Positions 25,915-39,692 of a DNA stretch of 64,000 nt are shown here, piece after piece. The DNA comes from Chiloscyllium plagiosum (lineage: Eukaryota). A program made the position numbers and the translations under genes. The number at the start of each line of letters is the position of its first letter. Position 1 is the first letter of the stretch. Below the pieces are notes generated by a model. It was given only the letters and a program-made list of their open reading frames with translations. It did not search any database and was not told the DNA's origin. The stretch lies in NCBI RefSeq assembly GCF_004010195.1, contig NC_057718.1, positions 35,125,777-35,189,776 on the forward strand, written 5' to 3'.

Positions 25915-27319
25915 CTGTAATAACGAAAAGGCTAATAATACAGCAATGGTCTCCTGTATTTGTACAAATGTTCTAACTTTTGTGATCCATCTTCTAACCC
26001 TGGGAGTTGTGCCTGCTGTGTTCTCCAAATGTTTAATTCCCAGGCTGTCCCACTGGTCTGGACAATGGAGAGAAATACTGAAGGAAGATGATGTTGTTTT
26101 CTGTGTTGAAGGCTGCAGTGAGGTCAAGGAGACCGACTGGTTGCTTCAGCTGCGGGAATTAGGCCAGGTGGGAAAAGGAGCTGGGTTGCAGTCTGGAGCC
26201 CGAGAGAGAAGGGAATTTTAAAAATATTGTACCACCTTTGCAAAGGCAACCAAGCGACAATTTTCCGATCTTTCTGGGGAACCACAGTGTGCACTCAGCA
26301 TACCACCACACTACACTCTTTTCAATTCAGGAACCCAGAAGAGGCAGTGGCAGGAGCCTGGAGCAAATGTTTGTGGAGGAGGACAAGTAACAGGCTACCT
26401 TCAAGAGTCCCATTCTTCAATACGGCTAAAAGATCTAATGACAGCACAAAAGGATCTGGCCAACTGGGAGAGGGGGAGGCTGCCACTGTACTAAGGACCA
26501 TGAAGGCTCTCCAATATGGAGGTGCCCTCTGAAAACCTGTAGACTTGTATATACTGGTAAAATTGGCCAGAGTTGACTGGAAGGGGAGCCTAGCAGGGAA
26601 GACGGGAGAGCAGCAATGAAAGGAGTTTTGGGAGTGGGGGGTGGGGGAGGGAAGAGCGGGGGTGTAATTTAAGAGGCACATCAGAAATTCATCCCAAGGA
26701 AGAAGAACCATATTATGGGGAGGATGAGGCAACCATGGCTGACGGCATATAAGTGAAAGAGAAAGCATACATTGTGTTCAATGTTGTGGGGGGTGGGGGG
26801 AGGAGGGTGCGGGGGAGACTAGATTTTAATAATGAATTTAGTGATATGTGTGCAATTATGAGCATGATAGTTATGAATACAGTGGCAAAAAGCCCTTTTA
26901 ACAATGTGGCATGTGAAGGAACCACATTATAATCAACAAAATGGTTCATTTCAAAAGGTACGAACACTGGAGATCAGTTTCAATCTGGCAGACAATGCTA
27001 TCATAAGAGAAAGGGGCTTGATAAATGAACAGACCCAGGGAAAGCTATTTTTAAAGACAGTGAACAATAGTTGTACAGAATGGGGACCAGACAGTTTGTG
27101 AACACACTTCAAGATTTCTTTGAGCAAAAGCTTGCAGATTCTGAAGAAGTTATAGAAAATAATGAAGAACCAAATGTTGTACAGCTATGAGAAATAAACT
27201 ATCAGAATTGACAGTGTGTCTGATGATGGACAGGTCAAGTTTGATGGTTAGTATCAGGCCATTGATAGCAATAATCAACTTCTAAAGTAGCAACTAAAGT
27301 CAAATATTTACCAAAAAGG

Positions 27320-27545
27320 GGAAAAGACCTTGTCTATTTATCCTATCCATACTCCTCATGATTTTATAAACCTCTATAAGGTCACCCCTCAGCCTCTGAC
27401 GCTCCAGGGAAACCAGCCCCAGCCTATTCAGCCTCTACCTATAGTGCAAATCCTCCAACCCTAGCAACATCTTTGTAAATCTTTTCTGAATCTTTCAAGT
27501 TTCACAACATCCTTCTTATAGCAGGGAGACCAGAATTGCATGCAG
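27320..27545 (-). mobile_element. CR1/HER1-like LINE fragment
   Basis: Reverse complement of AGGCTGAGGGGTGACCTTATAGAGGTTTA, as found at 1-60. Confidence 0.85.
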
Positions 27546-27793
27546 TTAGTTCTTTTCTTAGGATCATTAATCCACTGATCTGTAAAATAAAACTGTACAT
27601 TTTTTTGCACAGTTATAATTTAGTAAAGGTGACACTGGATGTCTAATCCAAATGTTTGTAACTGCCTTCCATTTCTGTTTGCAGATCATTTTTTCTTAAC
27701 AAGCAGAATTCAATAAAGCATTTCTTTATTTTATTTTCTGGGTTTCATTCTGTCTGCTTTCATGTTTCTCTTTGGTTTCTTTTTGTCCATGTA

Positions 27794-27966
27794 CAGAGGA
27801 ATCTCGACTATCTGGCATTCGATTAACCGAATTTCGGATGATCTGAACAAGATCCTAAGGTGCCAATGCGTGGCTTACTGTTTTATCTGGTATTGATTTT
27901 CTGGCATTCGATTAACCGAACGAAATACTCCTTGCCTGTGTCCTTTGGATAAGCAAGGTTCCTCTG
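27794..27966. mobile_element. Tc1/mariner (pogo/Tigger-type) MITE
   Basis: TA|CAGAGGAATCTCG...GCAAGGTTCCTCTG|TA, i.e. terminal inverted repeats with a TA target duplication. The internal 20-mer CTGGCATTCGATTAACCGAA is repeated. Confidence 0.85.
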
Positions 27967-28494
27967 TACTAGCTTGTAGGTTATGAATGGAAGAATGGCA
28001 TTGCAGATTTCTGCCTATAGGTGGCAGTTGTACCAAATAAGGACTGATGAAGTCCCATAAACTGCCCTCTACCTTTCCACCAATTTGGAGAAGGAAAACA
28101 GCAGAACCAAGTAAAATCGTCATACCGACAAGCCTTCTTAAACCATGGAACATTTTTCCAGTGTTTCAAACTGTGTTTTCTACTATTTGGAACCGTACTG
28201 TTAGGACTATTTAACTTCCTTTTATTTAAAATTGGAACAGCAGGCTCATGGGTATTTTTTAAAGAGATGTACAGAACTTACTGTGTAGCCTTCAGTTTTG
28301 CTTGTATTTATAACTGCAGACTTCTCAGTTTTAAGTAAAGGTACTCCTAGAAATCCTTTTTATCTTGAAGGAACTTATATTTTAATCAAAAAGGAGTTAG
28401 CTTTGTCTTCTGGCTAGTTAATGTCCAACTTGCAGTCTTTACAGCTACCTGTACTCTGGAAAATTGATTGTCTGAATTTGCTGAAGTCCAGAGC

Positions 28495-31340
28495 TACTTT
28501 GAGTTGATTTATTATTGTCGCATGTACCAAGATATAGTGAAAAATATCGTACTGCATGCTAAACAGACAAATCACACCTCATGTAAGTATATTAGGATCA
28601 TAGAACAGAATAGGCAAAAGTGAGAATTGCAGATGCTGGAAATCAGAGTCTAGATTAGAGCGGTGCTGTAAAAGCACAGCAGGTCAGGCAGCATCCAAGG
28701 AGCAGGAAAATTGACGTTTCAGGCAAAAGCCTTTCATCATGAATGAAGGCCTGATGATTTTCCAGCACCACTCATAGAACAGAATGTAGAGATGGTGCAG
28801 GGACAGTGCGGAGAAAGATCAGGTCTAATATATGAGAGGCCCATTCATAAGTCTGCTAACAGCGGGGAAGAACTTATTGGTACGTGTTTTCAAACCTATG
28901 TATCTTTCTGATGGAAGAGAGTGGAAGAGAATATAACCAAAGTGAGAAGGGTCTTTTATTATGTTAGCTGTTTTCCTGAGGCAGTGTGAAGTATAGACGG
29001 GGTCAATGGAAGGAAGGCTGTTCTTTGTGATGGATCAGGCTGCATTCACAACTTTCTGTAATTTCTTGCAGTCTTGGGAAGGACAGATAACATACCAAGC
29101 TCTGATGCATCTGGATTGGAAGCTTTCTGTGCTGCATCTATAAAGATTGATAAGAGTCATGGTGGACATGCTGAATTTCCTTAGCTTTCTGGGGAAGTAG
29201 AGGCATTGATGTGTATTCTTGCCTCTAGTGTTGACATGGAGGACCTGACAAATTGTTGGTGATATTTACTCCTAGGAACTTGAAGCTCTCAAAAATCTCC
29301 ACCCAAAATCATTGACACAGACAGGGGCATGTCCTCCACTCGGCTTCCTGAAGTTGATGAGCAGCTCCTTCATTTTGCTGGCATTGAGGGAGAGATTGTT
29401 GTCTTTACACTATGCCACTAAATTGTCTTGGATTTTCACCCAAAACGTCGATCCTCCTGCTCCTTAGATGCTGCCTGACCTGCTGTGTTTTGCCATCACC
29501 ACATTCTCGACTCTTGTCTCCTTCCTGCACGCTGTCTCATCATTGTTTGAAATCCAACCAACTACAGTGGTGTCATCAGCAAATTTGTAAATGGAGTTAG
29601 AGCTGAATTTGGCTACGGAGTCGTGAGTGCATAAGGAGTATACTAAAGGGCTGAGTACACAACCGTACGGGACACTTGTGGTGAGGATTATGGTGGAGGA
29701 GGTGTTGTCGCCTCTCTTTACTGATTGCGGTCTGTGGGTCAGGAAGTTAAGGATGCAGTTGCAGAGGCAGGAGTAGAGTCCTGGGTCTCAGAGTTTGGAG
29801 ATGAGTTTGTTGGAATGATGTTGTTGAAGGTCGAGCTAAAGCCAATAAATAGGAGTCTGATGTAGGTGTTTTTGTTAAGCAGATGCTCCAGAGATCGGTG
29901 TGCAGCCTGGGAGATGGCATCTGCCATGGACCTCTTGTGACAGTTGGCAAATTATACTGGATCAAGGCAATTTGGGAGGCCGGAGATGATATGTGCCATT
30001 CCTAATCTCTTGAAGAACTTCATAACGATGCATGTCAGAGCCACTGGCTGGTAATCATTCAGACACATTGCCTGGTTTTCTTTTGGCACTGGGATGATAG
30101 TGGTCTTTTTGAAGGTGAGAACCTCATATCGTAGGAAGAAGAGGTTAAAGATGTCTGCCAATGCTCCCGCCAGCTGGTCCGCACAGGATCTGAGTGTAAG
30201 GTGAGGAACTCCATTGGTGCAGGTCGCTTTCCGTGGGCTCACCCTCTAAAAATGCCAATCTGAAATCTGCAGTGCTGACTGTGGGTACAGGTACATCCGA
30301 GACTGTCGGGGCAGGTGACATCATTTCACTGATCTATTCAAAACGAGCCAAGAACGCATTGTCAGTAATTCTGTTTAACTTCACTTTGTAGCCCATTTTA
30401 TCATGTAAGCCTTGCCACAGTCAACATGTGTTTGTGTGGTTCATCTGGGATTCTTGTTTAGACTGGTATTGTCCCTTGGTATCCCTGATGGCTTTGCAAA
30501 GGTTGTAACTGTATTTTCTGTATAGGCCAGCTCACTTGATTTGAACACCTCAGATGTCAGTAGGGAGTGGATATTCCAGTTCAGCCATGGTTTCCAGATT
30601 CTGAACACTTTGATTAACATCTTTAGCACGCTATCTTCTACACACTTACGATGAAGTCTGTGATGATAGTGGCGTACTCATTTGGATTGGCTGCTGAGTT
30701 CTTGAAAATGGACCAATCCACATACTCCAAGCATTCATGTAATCTATTACCTTAGACCAGCATTGTATGACTTGATGTACCAGATCCTCGTGCTTTGGTT
30801 TCTGCTTGTAAGCTGGGAGAAGGAGCATAGCCTTATGGCTTGATTTACCAAAATGCAGGTGGGGGATGGAGCGGTCAGTGGACTTGATGGTTGTATAACA
30901 ATGGTCAAGGGTGTTAGAGCCTCTGAATGCGGGGGGTGGGGGCGGTGGAGGTGATGTGGTGGGAGTGGAGGAGTTGGGAGATGTGTTGACTGTATTTTTG
31001 CAGCATACTGTTGAGGTTGGCCTGGTTGAACTCACCAGGTATGATGAACAAGGCCTCAGGCTATTCCATCTCAAGGCTAAATATAGTGGTGCACATTTCA
31101 TCAAGTGGGATGTAAACTGGTGTCAGGATAGCAGAAGTGAACTCCCATGGGAGGTGGTAGGGACGGCACTTTACTATTAGATATTTGAGGCCTGGGGAGC
31201 AGTAACTTGCCAGAGTCATCATGTCCAAGCACCAAGAGGTATTGACCAGGAGGCAGACCCCTCCGCCTTTGCCTTGCCCAAGAATGCCACAGTCTATCCA
31301 ATGGATTGAGAAGCCTTCTGGTTGTATGGCACATTTTCTA
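28495..31340 (-). mobile_element. Rex1/Babar-type LINE, decayed APE and RT
   Basis: APE motifs TLDHCYTTIK and FGKSSH. RT motifs LRSCADQLAG..ADIFNL, FKKTTIIPVPK and CLNDYQPVALT. Frameshifted, with Penelope-terminus inserts at ~28615-28770 and ~29430-29520. Confidence 0.88.
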
Positions 31341-33404
31341 CTTGGTCTTCAATTTGTTTTCCAACTTTCTACTGCCAAGCTCTTAGAGTCTTTTCTTACA
31401 GATGGCTATTGGTGCTTGTCATTATGTGGGTTTTGCCTACCTCAGGGTATTTCGCCTGATATGACAATATTCCTGCTATCACTTGTAACTTTAGAAACCA
31501 GGCATGGATAATGTAGTATTAATGAATCCAAAAGAAAGTAATTATAATGTATGGTTTTATATATAAATATTATATTCACTAATTTCTAAGAGTTAGGACT
31601 AATATTGAGCTAATGGGTTATAACAAAACAGCATGTATTTAATAGCATGTCATGCTTCAAGTGATCCAAACCATAATGGAGTATGAGACCTTTAAACCTT
31701 TAGGTCACAATGCTACAATATAGTGATGATATCATGAACATGTGTCTTAATGGTTTATTGGCATATTAACATATTGAGCATTAAGTACAATGCAATAGGC
31801 ACTACCAGCATTTGGTTCCAGTTGCATCTGACAGCATATCCACCAGCTGGAAAATCTGGGGTGCCCAGAATTTGGAGTTTAACAGCCTAAGATGGCTATC
31901 TATCACTAATGAACAGGTACTCCAGCACCCCACCAACACAGAAATAGAATTTCTGGAAATAGATGGGAGACTCTGGATCATGCAGGCAGTTTGATATGCT
32001 GGCCAGTAGCAAGAAACTACTCCCCACCCACTTAAATCTGGCGTCACTGTCTTTGTCCACCTATATATTAGTCTGCCTCCCATGACCTGATTCTCAACAA
32101 CTGGCTCTTAACTTCAACTTCATCCTGAAGATTAAAATTCCGGAATTTCTGTCTGGAATCACCAAATCTCTGACAGTTACTTCAGCAGGATATCAGTGCC
32201 ACATCTGGAAAAATGGCATGAGAAAACACTTATCTGGGAGATTCTTGCACTGAGATCAAGGGACTCAAAGGAAATTTCACTGCACAGTCCATTTGAAGTA
32301 TTTCTTAGTCTTGATAGAAGGGATTGGACCCAAAACTCTCTCCTTTATTAGTAACTGCCTGGGAATGGGTCAGGACTGTGGTAAATAGAAATCATGCCCT
32401 GCCGGTCAACCAACACAATGAGATAAATCCAGTCTTTAATCTTTAACATTGCTACATTTAATATGGAGTGTCACTCCTCCCAAAGTAAAAATATCTCTGC
32501 ACCTTTAACAGAGCCTTTGAAAGTGTACCTCCCTGTTTTAGATCTAGTTTGAGGTTGCATAAGGTATTGCTTTCAATCTTAATAAATGCTATGAGGCTGA
32601 TCAAAAGAAGTCTCCTATCATTTGCATTTAGTTTTAATAATATTTGAAGTCTCATCCAAGAAAGATTTTTTTGGCAAACTTCAAGTGCATTTACCATAAT
32701 TTCACTGTTTAATAAACAGATACTGTAAATGCAATTCCTGTTTCTTTGGGGAATTGTGGTACTTTTAAGAATGTGACCAATGATACCCAATCTTTAATGT
32801 CCCACGGGAAATAAATGGGAACATTAAGCCTGCCATACGATGGGATGGTAAAAATTAGAACCACATGTCTTCACATTGCACATTTTGTTTGTGTGTATTA
32901 CAAGTAAGTAAATATAGCCAGTGAGTCCAAGTCTTTAATGTTCTTTAACACAAATATTGGCATTTCAAGACATGCCAAGCGAAACATTATTGCCTCCCTC
33001 AATAAAAGACTAAGTGCTGTTTGACAAATGGATTTTTAATATGGAAAAACAAATTGGCCACTGCATTTCCATTTTACTCAAATGGCTTAAAACCCTTGAA
33101 TATTTCAGAGGAATTTATTAGCTTGCAAAAAGTTTAAAATGATAAACCAAAACCTGCGACTTAGCAAATATTGTTTCTTGCTGATGGAAAGCTTTCAAAA
33201 ATATGAAGATGGTGATTTATGAGTTTTCAAATCACAACATTTTGAAAAGTAATTGCGTATTCATCATAAGTTATAAGGCCATTCTCAACTTTTGAAGTGA
33301 GCCTTGGATCTTGCAGAGTTCAGACTACAGCAGATGGGCATTTCAAATCCTATAAACCTAGTGTCATATTGTTCACATGAGATGTTGATAATAGTAAAGC
33401 CTAA

Positions 33405-33680
33405 GGCAGCAAGGTGGTTCAGTGATTAGTACTGCTACCTCACAGTGCCAGAGACCTGGGTTTGATCCCTGCCTGAGGTGACTGTCTGTGTGGGTTTCCT
33501 CCAGTTTCGTGCCACAATCCAAAGAAGCGCTGGTCAGGTGAATTGGCCATTATAAATTGCCCATTGTGTTACTTACATTAGTCTGGGGTAAATATAGGGT
33601 AGGGGTTTGGGTGAGTTACTTTTCGGAGCGTGTGGGCTTGTTGGGCTGAAGGGCCTGTTTTCACACTGTAGGGATTCTAA
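33405..33680 (+). mobile_element. HE1-like V-SINE
   Basis: Head GGTGGTTCAGTGATTAGTACTGCTACCTCACAG, partially deleted core, tail CTGTAGGGATTCTA. Confidence 0.88.
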
Positions 33681-34807
33681 ATGTAAGAAAATGCTTGGCT
33701 ACAGCTTGAAGTCATTAATCTCAAGAAGTGATAAGACAATTCAAAGCTGATTCATCCCAGCAACAATCAGGTGTTTGGCCTTGTCTACCATTATTTACAG
33801 ATGGTCAAATGTTTTTTACACCACATCAGTCCAGCACATGGAGAGACTGTTGAGTCTCCCATGATGTCTCTTTCCCTCAGGCAGTATTTTCTGCGGAAGA
33901 TGACTTTGTAGACATCTGGCACACATGTCCAAACCATGACAACCATGAGCTGCAGCACTAATGCTGGCTCTCAAAAAACAGGTTTCAGAACCAATAGACA
34001 TGATATTTTGATTAGAGTATCATTCCTGCTTGTCTCCTGCACATCGTTGCCAACCCACGGCCACTTCCTTTGGTCTTTACAACAGCTTGGGGTCAGTGGA
34101 TGGAGGTAAATAGGTAAATTTTATTTCTTGGTACTTAGGGAATTAAAAAAAGCCTGAAATTTGTGTACATTTTTCCACATTATTGCCAGCCAGGGCGATA
34201 TTTCTTAAGTAAACTGTGAAAGGCAACAGTCCTGTTGTTGTAACCAAAAACAATGCCAATGTGTTGATCCTCAGCTTGAGAGGAAGGTGAAAAATGCAGG
34301 ATGAATACAAGCTAAAAAGACCTTGATAGATGTTTCAATGAAGTATCTGTGTTCTTTTTAAAGGACAAGAACTTTTAAAGCATATAAAATTGCCCTGGGC
34401 GCGAAACATACTTTCACCCGAAACCCATTCTAAAAATGAAAACAACTTGAATGAAACCAATGCCTGAGACCATACTTGACTTGAAAATGGGTGCGAATAA
34501 GAGAAGGCCTGAATGTCATCAGAGGAGCAAGTACATGCTCTAGTATTCAGTTTGTGACAACAACAGCATTTGAGAGTCAGACTGAAAGTGAGGAGAAAGG
34601 AACAATGATGGAGGGGAGGCAGTTTCTGCAGACACATCCTCCCAAAGGCACAGGATTCTATTTTGTGTGACACTAATAATTACAAATCCTTGTCTAGATT
34701 TCTCCCTGCAGTGTTCTGTTTCTCTGAACACTCAATAACAGTATAAGAGAGCTTGGGTACAGTACAATCCAGACTGGTATTTCTCATTGCCAATATACGT
34801 TTCTATT

Positions 34808-35743
34808 CGGAGATGCCGGTGTTGGACTGGGGTGTACAAAGTTAAAAATCACACAACACCAGGTTATAGTTCAACAGGTTTAATTGGAAGCACACTAGCT
34901 TTCGGAGTGACGCTCCTTCATCAGGTGATTGTGGAGGGCTCGATCGTAACACAGAATTTATAGCATATGACATACGACATATGACATACCACAACGGATG
35001 AATGGGCACCGCACAACAATCAACAGACAGGAGGGTTCCCTCCCAGTTGGGGAACACTTCAGTGGTCCAGGACATTCAGCCTCGGACCTTCGGGTGACCA
35101 TCCTCCAAGGTGGACTTCGGGACAGGCAAGCAAAGGAAAGTGGCTGAGCAGAGGCTGATAGCTAAGTTCGGTACCCAAAGGGAGGGCCTCAACCGGGACC
35201 TTGGGTTCACGTCACACTCTTGGGAACTTCCCTTGCCACCGAAAGAGGTGTAAAATCTTCGCCCCTCACCTCCGTCCAGGGCCCCAAAGGATCCTTCCAC
35301 AACCGACATAGATTCATATAGAACTCTGAGCGCAAAAGCTGCATGAATTTATGTAAAACTCTGTTATTTCACTTTTTAGATTGGAATCAATCTAAACATC
35401 AGGTCATAGACAGAGAACACAGGGGGCTAACACCTTCAACATATTGTCTCGCTATCACCATTGTTAACAGCTAACCTGAGAATGCAATTTTTAAAAAAAG
35501 GGTTTTGTGATTTACACATGAAAGAAGTGAAACTATCACTGTATTCTAACAGATGAAAGGCTTAACAGACAATCAATTCTTCAATGTATAATTTCAGTTA
35601 CATCACACTGCAAATTTTTGTTATAAATTCTGTGCTACGATCGAGCCCTCCACAATCACCTGATGAAGGAGCGTCGCTCCGAAAGCTAGTCTGCTTCCAA
35701 TTAAACCTGTTGGACTATAACCTGGTGTTGTGTGATTTTTAAC
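34808..35743. mobile_element. Penelope-like element with inverted pseudo-LTR ends and a 12-bp TSD
   Basis: ~125-bp inverted arms at 34841-34965 and ~35620-35743. Flanking direct repeat TACGTTTCTATT at 34796-34807 and 35744-35755. Internal GIY-YIG C-terminal fragment RMNGHR...PVGEHF...AEQRLI...GLNRD on the + strand. Confidence 0.9.
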
Positions 35744-36094
35744 TACGTTTCTATTGACTTCAGTAGGATGAAGTCCAGCTGTTGTTGCAACATGTAAAAT
35801 GACTTAAACAAATGAACATAAATGGGGAATTATCTTCAGACTTAACTATTGTTTTGCTTTAGAATGTAGTGGCACAATAAATCAGAATAACATATATTCT
35901 TGCTTCACTTCCAGGTAAGGTCATTGTAATGAAAATAGCACATAACCTTTCGTTCTGCTAAACATTGTGAACATGCCATGGAACACACATCGAACAGGAA
36001 GTATTTTTAATGTTAAGAAACATAACGTAAGATTAGAGCCAAAACCTCGGCCTTCTGTGGAGTTCCTGTTCCTCAACCATTGACTCTTCAGACC

Positions 36095-36625
36095 TTAAGA
36101 CATAGGAGCAAAAATTAGGCCATTCAGCCCATTGTGTCTGCTCTACCATTTAATCATGGCTGATAAGTTTTTCAACCCCATTTCCCCATTTCATTCTTAA
36201 CCTATGATCCCCTTGGCAATCAATCTATCTCTTTTTTAAATATACTCAATAACCTAGCCTCCACAGCCTTCTGTGGCAGCAAATTCCATAGGTTCACCAC
36301 TCTCTGGTTAAAAAAGTTTCTCCTTATCTCCATTCTAAAAAGTCTTCCCTTAACTCTAAGGCTGTGCCCACGGGTCCTTGTCTCTCCTCCCAGTGAAAAC
36401 ATCTTCCCAACGTCCACTCTGTCCAGGCCATTCAGTATGTTGAAAGTTTCAGTCAAATTCCCCCTCATCCTTCTAAACTCCGTCAAGTATAATCCCACAG
36501 TCCTCAAATGTTCCTCATATGTTAAGCCTTTTATTCCTGAGACCATTGTTGTGAACCTCCTCTGGACCCACTCCAGGGCCAATACATCTTCCCTGAGATA
36601 TGGGGCCCAAAATTGCTTACAATCA
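36095..36625 (-). mobile_element. CR1 LINE 3' portion
   Basis: ORF 36220-36582 contains ALEWVQRRFT...TRTRGHSLRV...FFNQRVVNLWN. Confidence 0.92.
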
Positions 36626-36734
36626 TGAGTTAGTCTTGTGTTGCTGATGACAGCATAAAGATAATTCTTGCTACTTTTATTAAACTTGCAGCTCAGGCCT
36701 TGTTTATGTATTTATTTTTTTTAGCCGTTAGGGA

Positions 36735-37230
36735 CAACAACAAAATCTGCATTTATATCCTGCCTTTAACATAGTAAAATGTCCCATGGTGCCCAAAGTC
36801 GAGTTATCAGATGAAATTTGACATAAAGTCATATCAGGAAACGTAAAAGACAGATGAAGAATCAAAAAGAAAGTGAGAGGGAGAGAGATAGTAAGGTTTA
36901 AGGAAAGAATGCATGAGCTTATTGACTAGTTAGCTGAAGATACAGCCACTTTTAGTAGAGTGATTAAAATTCCGGATGCGCAGATGCCAGTTTTGCAGAA
37001 GCAAACAGATCTTGGAGGATTGTAGTGCTGAAGGAAGTTACAAAGGTAGGGATGGATAAGACCACAAATGGATGTCACCACACAAATGAGAAATTTTCGT
37101 GTAGCTGTTCTGGGAGCCAGTTTAGATCAGCAGCATGTTGAAGGGTGATGGGTGAATGGGACTTGGTGTGAGTCAGGCGGTTGAGTTCACGTTTATGGAA
37201 AGTGAAAGGTGGGAGTCTGGCTAGGAGTTC
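36735..37230 (-). mobile_element. Old L2-type LINE 3' relic
   Basis: Begins CAACAACAAAATCTGCATTTATAT..GCCTTTAAC, the reverse complement of an L2/Deu-type tail. Heavily decayed. Confidence 0.45.
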
Positions 37231-39139
37231 AAACAGTGGCAGCAACACATTCATTACTTGTGATAGAATGTCATGACATCATTTTAGGCACGAATGGCTA
37301 CTATGTTGACAACAATGTGGGGCAACATTGAGGCATCAGAACTTTGCATATTCATACTGACCAAAATATTATCACAAATGCATGTAAAATATGAAGAACC
37401 AAATTGCATTGTCCATGGAAAGATTAACTGGATAATCAATTGGTCAATGTGGGATAAGTTGAACTCCCAAACCACAGACAGCAACTTGAAAGCATTTTTA
37501 GAGAGAGAATGCAGCAATGGGAATTTTATAATGAAGGCAAGGTGAATGCTGATTTTCAATATGGAGAATGGTTTTCAGAGCTTTTCCTTGTGTCAAACCA
37601 ACAAATTCAACTTTACCTCTAACCCATCTAACTGAGAAGTATTTTACCCTGACTCTAGCGGAAAAGTATAATGTGTCCATTTTTCAACACGCTGCCTTAG
37701 TCTAACAAGAAAGAATGGAATTGAATTTTCTTATGTAAGAATTACAATTTAAATCTCACATATACATAGTAGCTGATTGGGAATTCTCTCACTTAATAAC
37801 ATCCTTATGGATACTAAATAGATTTCATGACAAGGTTAAAAACTACTACGATAAAATGATATCCATAAAGGATTCGTAAAGGGTATTTAAAATAAAAATG
37901 ATGTCAAACATTTCAAGAGAACGTTATAGCTTATATAGTTTTGATATGTTGAGCTGAATATTAATACTTTTCAGCTGCTCTGCTATCCTTTGTCCTAGGG
38001 ATGGATTGTGTCTGGAAGCAAGTGGAAAACTATTCAGATGCAATCTGACCTTACTTAGTTTTGCAGAGTTGCAGGAAATGGTTCTATCCCCTCAGGGGTA
38101 TTTGTAACCCTGGCCCATGGAAATATAAATCACATTCCTCGTGAACTGATATTACTGCAGTGCTAATTTTAACCCAGCTGACTTCAGTGTCAAACATCAT
38201 AATCAACTGACAATGCTACATCTGTGATGAGAACAATCATCAGTCAGGGTTGTGAGAGATATCAAGCATGCCTGTGTATGTGGTGTTTGGAGGTGGATGG
38301 AGTTTGGGGGAGGGGGGAGTAATTGGGTAATGGGGGAGGAGGTTGTTAGGTGGGGAAATAAGTTATGGAATTGAGCCCAGAACTCTGTATATCTCAAACT
38401 TGGCACATTAGGTCAGGCGTTAGTACAAACAGCCAAGTCATAATCATCTTGCTTTCCTATTTCTTATAAAACTCACAATTTTTTGCAAAATATAAAGTCC
38501 CATGGAAACGCAAATAAAGATTTTGGCTTGGGCAGCAGAATCACTTCGGATACTGAGGTACATGGCGAACTAAAGCTGTTCTGTACGCCGGAGAAACATA
38601 TGATTCAGAATCAAACACTGGTTCATGCTGAGCTCACTGAGTTTAGCAGGATTTGCCACAGAGCTTCTCGAATTGGCCTCAGCACTCCCAGGTTTGGGAA
38701 GAAACATATCAGGCATGCTTCCCATTCAAGGCAGCTTGCTATCTGGTGAACTCATACCAATTGAACAACTGATTGCCCCAACAATCTGACAACAGGATGT
38801 CCTACACAAAAGCCTATGATATACAAAAGCAATAATTACCCTGCAAGTGCAGTGAATTTTGGAAATGAAGGTGTGAGGAGGCACAACTTTGAGCAAATTT
38901 AGAGTTGTGATTGTCTTTGCAAATGCAATGTCGCAGCCAATTTCACTTCCCCTGCAAGTGTTCATCTTGACTTTCCAAATGCAACAGTTCACTTCTCTCT
39001 CCTGAGCCCTCCAAGTTTGGGTCCATTTCTTTTTTCTCATTCCACATTTTGCCAAACCATTGCTTCTGGTATCTGACTATTCCCACCTTTTTCCCCAAAA
39101 CAGAGATCTTTTCTGGACACAATACAAAAGCGAAATAAT

Positions 39140-39330
39140 ACGAATGCTGAAAACCTGAAATAAAACCAAAAAGAGATTGAAAATATATAGCAGGTCAGGC
39201 AACATCTGTGGAGAGAAACAGATAATGTTTCCCATTGACATGAAAGTCACACTGACCTCAGGTGTAAACTCTATTTCTCTCCACAGATGTTGCCTGAACA
39301 CTGAGTGCTTTGAACATTTTTCAAAATTAC
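39140..39330. mobile_element. Penelope-derived short foldback element
   Basis: CAGGCAACATCTGTGGAGAGAAA.AGA and its reverse complement TCT.TTTCTCTCCACAGATGTTGCCTG. Confidence 0.7.
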
Positions 39331-39692
39331 TGATCTCTCCGTTTTCTTTCTTCATTTCAAAGATCATTGATCCTTTTCATATTTCAACTGCACCAGTTTT
39401 GTTATAGTTCTGATGGAGTTGTATGCTGAGAGTGGGATTTTTCTCTATAAGCTTCCCTACTTCCAACTCTTCCTTTTCCTTTATGACTGTCCTGAAAAGC
39501 TGCCATTTTGACAATCTTTTTAATATCTCTTCTGATATCTCCTTATTTAAAACAATTTTAAATTTTACTTGCTAACACCTTAATGAAATACTTTGGATCA
39601 CTTTTCCCAATGGCTAAGGAGTTATACATGCCATGTCATTATTATTGTATTACCAATTTCAAAAGAAATCTCATATCCAGGTAGTGCAGGAT

